In this document: positions 61,466 to 64,000 of the stretch, piece after piece
How the letters are laid out: each line of letters begins with the position of its first letter
Numbering within the stretch: the stretch's first letter is position 1
Origin: a virus
Virus record (IMG/VR): IMGVR_UViG_3300036045_000007
Direction: 5' to 3' (one strand)
Length of the DNA stretch: 64,000 nucleotides
Position numbers and translations under genes: made by a program
The notes under the pieces: model-generated
What the model was told of the DNA's origin: nothing
Databases searched by the model: none
What the model saw: the letters and a program-made list of their open reading frames with translations, nothing else

Positions 61466-62626
61466 ATGAGTGGCAACAGTATGGTGAAGACGCCAGAGGT
61501 TATCCATGCTGGCGTCCCTTCGGTTCACCGTGGCACCAGCACGGAAGTCGCCGTAGTCGCCAGCCAGGAAGCCGTCTTGCAGGAAGTTCAAGGGGCGATC
61601 ATGGTCGCTCAGCGGTTCAAGCGAGACGAAGACCTGGCCTACCAGCGTCTCATGAAGTCGTGCGACCGACCATCGTTCGCCGAGGATGTCGAATACAGTT
61701 ACCCACGTGGCGGGCAAACGATCAGCGGCGCGTCGATCTACTTCGCTCGCGAAGCCGCTCGCGTGTTCGGCAACATTCGGCACGGCGGCGAGATCATCCA
61801 CGACGACGAGATGACGCGGGTTATCCAGGCGTGGGCTTGGGACATGGAAAACAACACCAAGTCCGTGGCTCAGGATTCGTTCAAGAAAGTGGTTCAGCGG
61901 AAGGACCACAAATCTGGCGTTACTTCCTGGGTGACACCGGATGAGAGGGATTTGCGCGAACTTACCAACAACCGCATGGCCCGACTTAAACGCAACTGCA
62001 TCCTCGAACTCATTCCGCCAGATTGGATCGACGAGGCCCGCCAGCGCGCGCGGCAGACCATCGAGAAGAAGATTAAGGACGATCCAGATGCGACACGCAA
62101 GATGCTGTTGAACGCCTTCGCCGTGTTGAACGTCGGCGCCGATCAGCTCAAGCAATTTCTCGGCTGCGCGATCTCGAACGCGAGTCCGGCACAGCTCGCC
62201 GAGCTGCGGAATATGTACGCCGCAATTCGAGACGGCCAGGCGACGTGGCAGGATTACGTCGATGCTCCTGACGACCCTGGTTCGGCCAAGGATCAGGTGA
62301 AGGAGAAGTTGAAGAAGCAACGCGCGAAGAAAGAAACCCAGGGCGACGGCAACAAACCGCCTGAGCAGCCGCCAGCGGAGAAGCCGCCAGAAAAACCGCC
62401 TGAACCTGCCAAGGCCGATAGCTCGCCTCCACCGACAGCAGGGAAGCCGACCGATATGATCCGACCGGATCAGAGCAAGACGCTGCTCGATCTGATGAAT
62501 GTGTCCGACGCTGCCAAGGAAATGGGCAAGAAGCAAATCGAACGGTGGGGCCTGGCATCGTTCGATGACATGAACCAGGGAGCTGCCGATCAGCTCATCG
62601 AAATGCTCAAGGGTGGAAAAAAGTGA
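61466..62626 (+). CDS. putative single-strand annealing protein (RecT/Red-beta-like) with Pro/Glu/Lys-rich tail
   Basis: Sits in the module with the YqaJ exonuclease. Segments YSYPRGGQTISGASIYFAREAARVFGNI and NRMARLKRNCILELIP resemble annealase cores. Not verified. Confidence 0.4.
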   Translation: MSGNSMVKTPEVIHAGVPSVHRGTSTEVAVVASQEAVLQEVQGAIMVAQRFKRDEDLAYQRLMKSCDRPSFAEDVEYSYPRGGQTISGASIYFAREAARVFGNIRHGGEIIHDDEMTRVIQAWAWDMENNTKSVAQDSFKKVVQRKDHKSGVTSWVTPDERDLRELTNNRMARLKRNCILELIPPDWIDEARQRARQTIEKKIKDDPDATRKMLLNAFAVLNVGADQLKQFLGCAISNASPAQLAELRNMYAAIRDGQATWQDYVDAPDDPGSAKDQVKEKLKKQRAKKETQGDGNKPPEQPPAEKPPEKPPEPAKADSSPPPTAGKPTDMIRPDQSKTLLDLMNVSDAAKEMGKKQIERWGLASFDDMNQGAADQLIEMLKGGKK

Positions 62627-62976
62627 AAAAGACGAAGATGGACCTGTGGCGTGAACGAAACCCACTTTATCAGTGGCTCGACCAGCGACCGCGCTACGGT
62701 GCCATCAATCGTCTCGCAACTGCGTTGGGTGTGCGACGGCAGACCATTCATAAATGGCTCGCCGGGTTGCTTTGCCCAACTCAACCGAATTTCGTTCGGC
62801 TGACCGAACACACCGGCATTGAATACTCGGTGTGGTCAAGCTGGATGGATCGACGCCCAGGATCACGGAGTCTTCGCACTAGGAGGAAACGCTATGGGGT
62901 CAAGGGAGACCTCAAAGCAAATGGCGTTGGACATGCCACTGTTCGGAGAAAGCGCGCCGCCAGAAGAAAAGCCTGA
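62623..62976 (+). CDS. Cro/YdaS-like HTH protein
   Basis: GAINRLATALGVRRQTIHKWLAG is a Cro-type HTH. The Arg-rich tail overlaps the next gene by 83 nt. Confidence 0.45.
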   Translation: MKKTKMDLWRERNPLYQWLDQRPRYGAINRLATALGVRRQTIHKWLAGLLCPTQPNFVRLTEHTGIEYSVWSSWMDRRPGSRSLRTRRKRYGVKGDLKANGVGHATVRRKRAARRKA

Positions 62977-63301
62977 GCCCAAACCAAAACTACTATCTGC
63001 CCTCGACCAAGGCTTCCTTGCGTTTTGGGCGATCTATCCGCGACGGGTAGCAAAAGCAGCGGCGCGCAAGGCGTGGGGACACCTGAAGCCATCACCGGCG
63101 CTTCTCGCCACGATCATCGCAGATGTGACCAGGAAACGGTCATCGACGCAATGGTGTCGCGAGAACGGCCAGTTCGTTCCCTATCCAGCCACGTACATCA
63201 ACGGACGACGTTGGGAAGACGAGGACCAGCGCAGTAACGCTTCATCAGGTGAAAGGTACGACGCGGAAGATGCAAGGCGTCTCTACGGATCAACAGGCTG
63301 A
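62894..63301 (+). CDS. replication organiser-like protein (135 aa)
   Basis: SD AGGAGG precedes ATG 62894. FWAIYPRRVAKAAARKAW...FVPYPATYINGRRWEDED is the motif common in phage replication initiation/organiser proteins. Confidence 0.5.
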   Translation: MGSRETSKQMALDMPLFGESAPPEEKPEPKPKLLSALDQGFLAFWAIYPRRVAKAAARKAWGHLKPSPALLATIIADVTRKRSSTQWCRENGQFVPYPATYINGRRWEDEDQRSNASSGERYDAEDARRLYGSTG

Positions 63302-63941
63302 GCTGATTCGCAATGAAGAGAACCGCCGTCGCTCGCGGCTGTTCACAGCGCTGAGCAAGCAGCTCGGCGAGCGATACCTGCCGGAATGCGTCGGCCTCTT
63401 GCAATACATGGTGCAGCATCAAGGGCAGCAGGAAGTCAAGGCGTACTGTGAGAAGTTGGCCGACAGGTTGGATGAAGTCGTGCGGCGCGGTGAGTCGGTG
63501 GTTTGGATGGGGCCAATCGGAACCGGCAAAGATCACCTGATGGCATCACTGCTCTACGTCGCGGTCGGCAAGTTCGGGATCGAGTGCAGTTGGATAGATG
63601 GTCAAGAATGGTACTCGCAAACGCGGGACAACATCAAAAAGAAGGCGTTAGAAGAGGAGGCTCTGCGTCCGTTGCTGCGACCAGGCATCCTTGCAATTTC
63701 TGATCCTGTGCCTCCTGCCGGGCGTGATCTCGGCGACTGGAACGCAACCCAACTGTCGCGCGTGATCGAGCTTCGCTACCGTCAAATGAAGCCGACGTGG
63801 ATGACGACGAACATGGCTTCGATAGACCAGTTGGCCTCACGCATCGGTGAACCGGCTTGCGACCGGCTACGAGATCGCGGACACTTTATAAAGTGTCAAT
63901 GGCCCTCGTTTCGGAAAACCATGTATGCGCCGAGAACCTGA
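63270..63941 (+). CDS. DnaC/IstB-like AAA+ helicase loader
   Basis: Walker A VVWMGPIGTGKDHL and Walker B-like PGILAISDP, followed by a sensor region. An alternative GTG start lies at 63249. Confidence 0.7.
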   Translation: MQGVSTDQQAELIRNEENRRRSRLFTALSKQLGERYLPECVGLLQYMVQHQGQQEVKAYCEKLADRLDEVVRRGESVVWMGPIGTGKDHLMASLLYVAVGKFGIECSWIDGQEWYSQTRDNIKKKALEEEALRPLLRPGILAISDPVPPAGRDLGDWNATQLSRVIELRYRQMKPTWMTTNMASIDQLASRIGEPACDRLRDRGHFIKCQWPSFRKTMYAPRT

Positions 63942-64000
63942 GACGGAACTCAAAGACACGATCCATGCACGGTTGCAGAGCCGGTTCGAGCTTGACCAGG

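Noticed and set aside
61388-62665. 425-aa minus-strand ORF
   Set aside because: It is antisense to the putative annealing protein within a co-directional + strand operon, with an Arg/Leu-rich composition.
63925-64000. Partial ORF running off the window end (MRREPETELKDTIHARLQSRFELDQ...)
   Set aside because: Only 25 codons are visible with no motif, so there is too little evidence to call it.

Overview
The whole 64-kb window reads as dsDNA phage, prophage or phage-plasmid DNA from a GC-rich bacterium. I saw no host housekeeping genes, rRNA, CRISPR array, canonical tRNA or tyrosine integrase. Most genes have AAGGAG/GGAGG-type Shine-Dalgarno sites, and many are coupled by ATGA/GTGA overlaps. 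All family names are by-eye motif calls, not database hits. Layout: (1) 1-24.9 kb, + strand late operon: large terminase (5' end outside the window), putative portal, LamG-domain protein, a 949-aa repeat-rich tail fibre, a YiiX-type papain-fold peptidase, many unassignable virion-type ORFs, three Gln/Gly-rich proteins, a 1034-aa protein and a beta-helix-like protein. (2) 24.9-26.6 kb: a cassette with its own consensus promoter encoding a MauE/DoxX-like membrane protein, a secreted 10-Cys miniprotein and an anchored secreted protein. (3) 26.6-42.5 kb, minus-strand early operons: a leaderless-looking HTH gene, SNF2 helicase, short serine recombinase, N6-adenine methyltransferase, free-standing HNH endonuclease, DUF932-like and DUF4120-like proteins, many small Zn-ribbon ORFs, a tRNA-like fragment and a Gly-X dipeptide-repeat gene. 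(4) 42.6-44.2 kb: a low-coding island. (5) 44.2-45.0 kb: a two-gene + strand cassette behind a structured attenuator-like leader. (6) 45.0-52.0 kb, second minus-strand operon: excisionase-type HTH, MazG-like protein, FG-GAP/VCBS protein, C2H2-finger ORFs and a SAM methyltransferase. (7) 52.1-64 kb, + strand: scaffold-like protein, major capsid, decoration-like protein, glycosyltransferase-like protein, a lysis-like cassette with a papain C1 peptidase, a Cys/Gly/His-rich secreted protein, YqaJ exonuclease, putative annealing protein, Cro-like HTH, replication organiser-like protein and a DnaC/IstB-like loader. The most interesting signals are a promoter family with an invariant GGCGACA core, the attenuator-like leader, the MauE plus Cys-rich peptide cassette, and a conjugative-element-like counter-defence gene set in the early operon.
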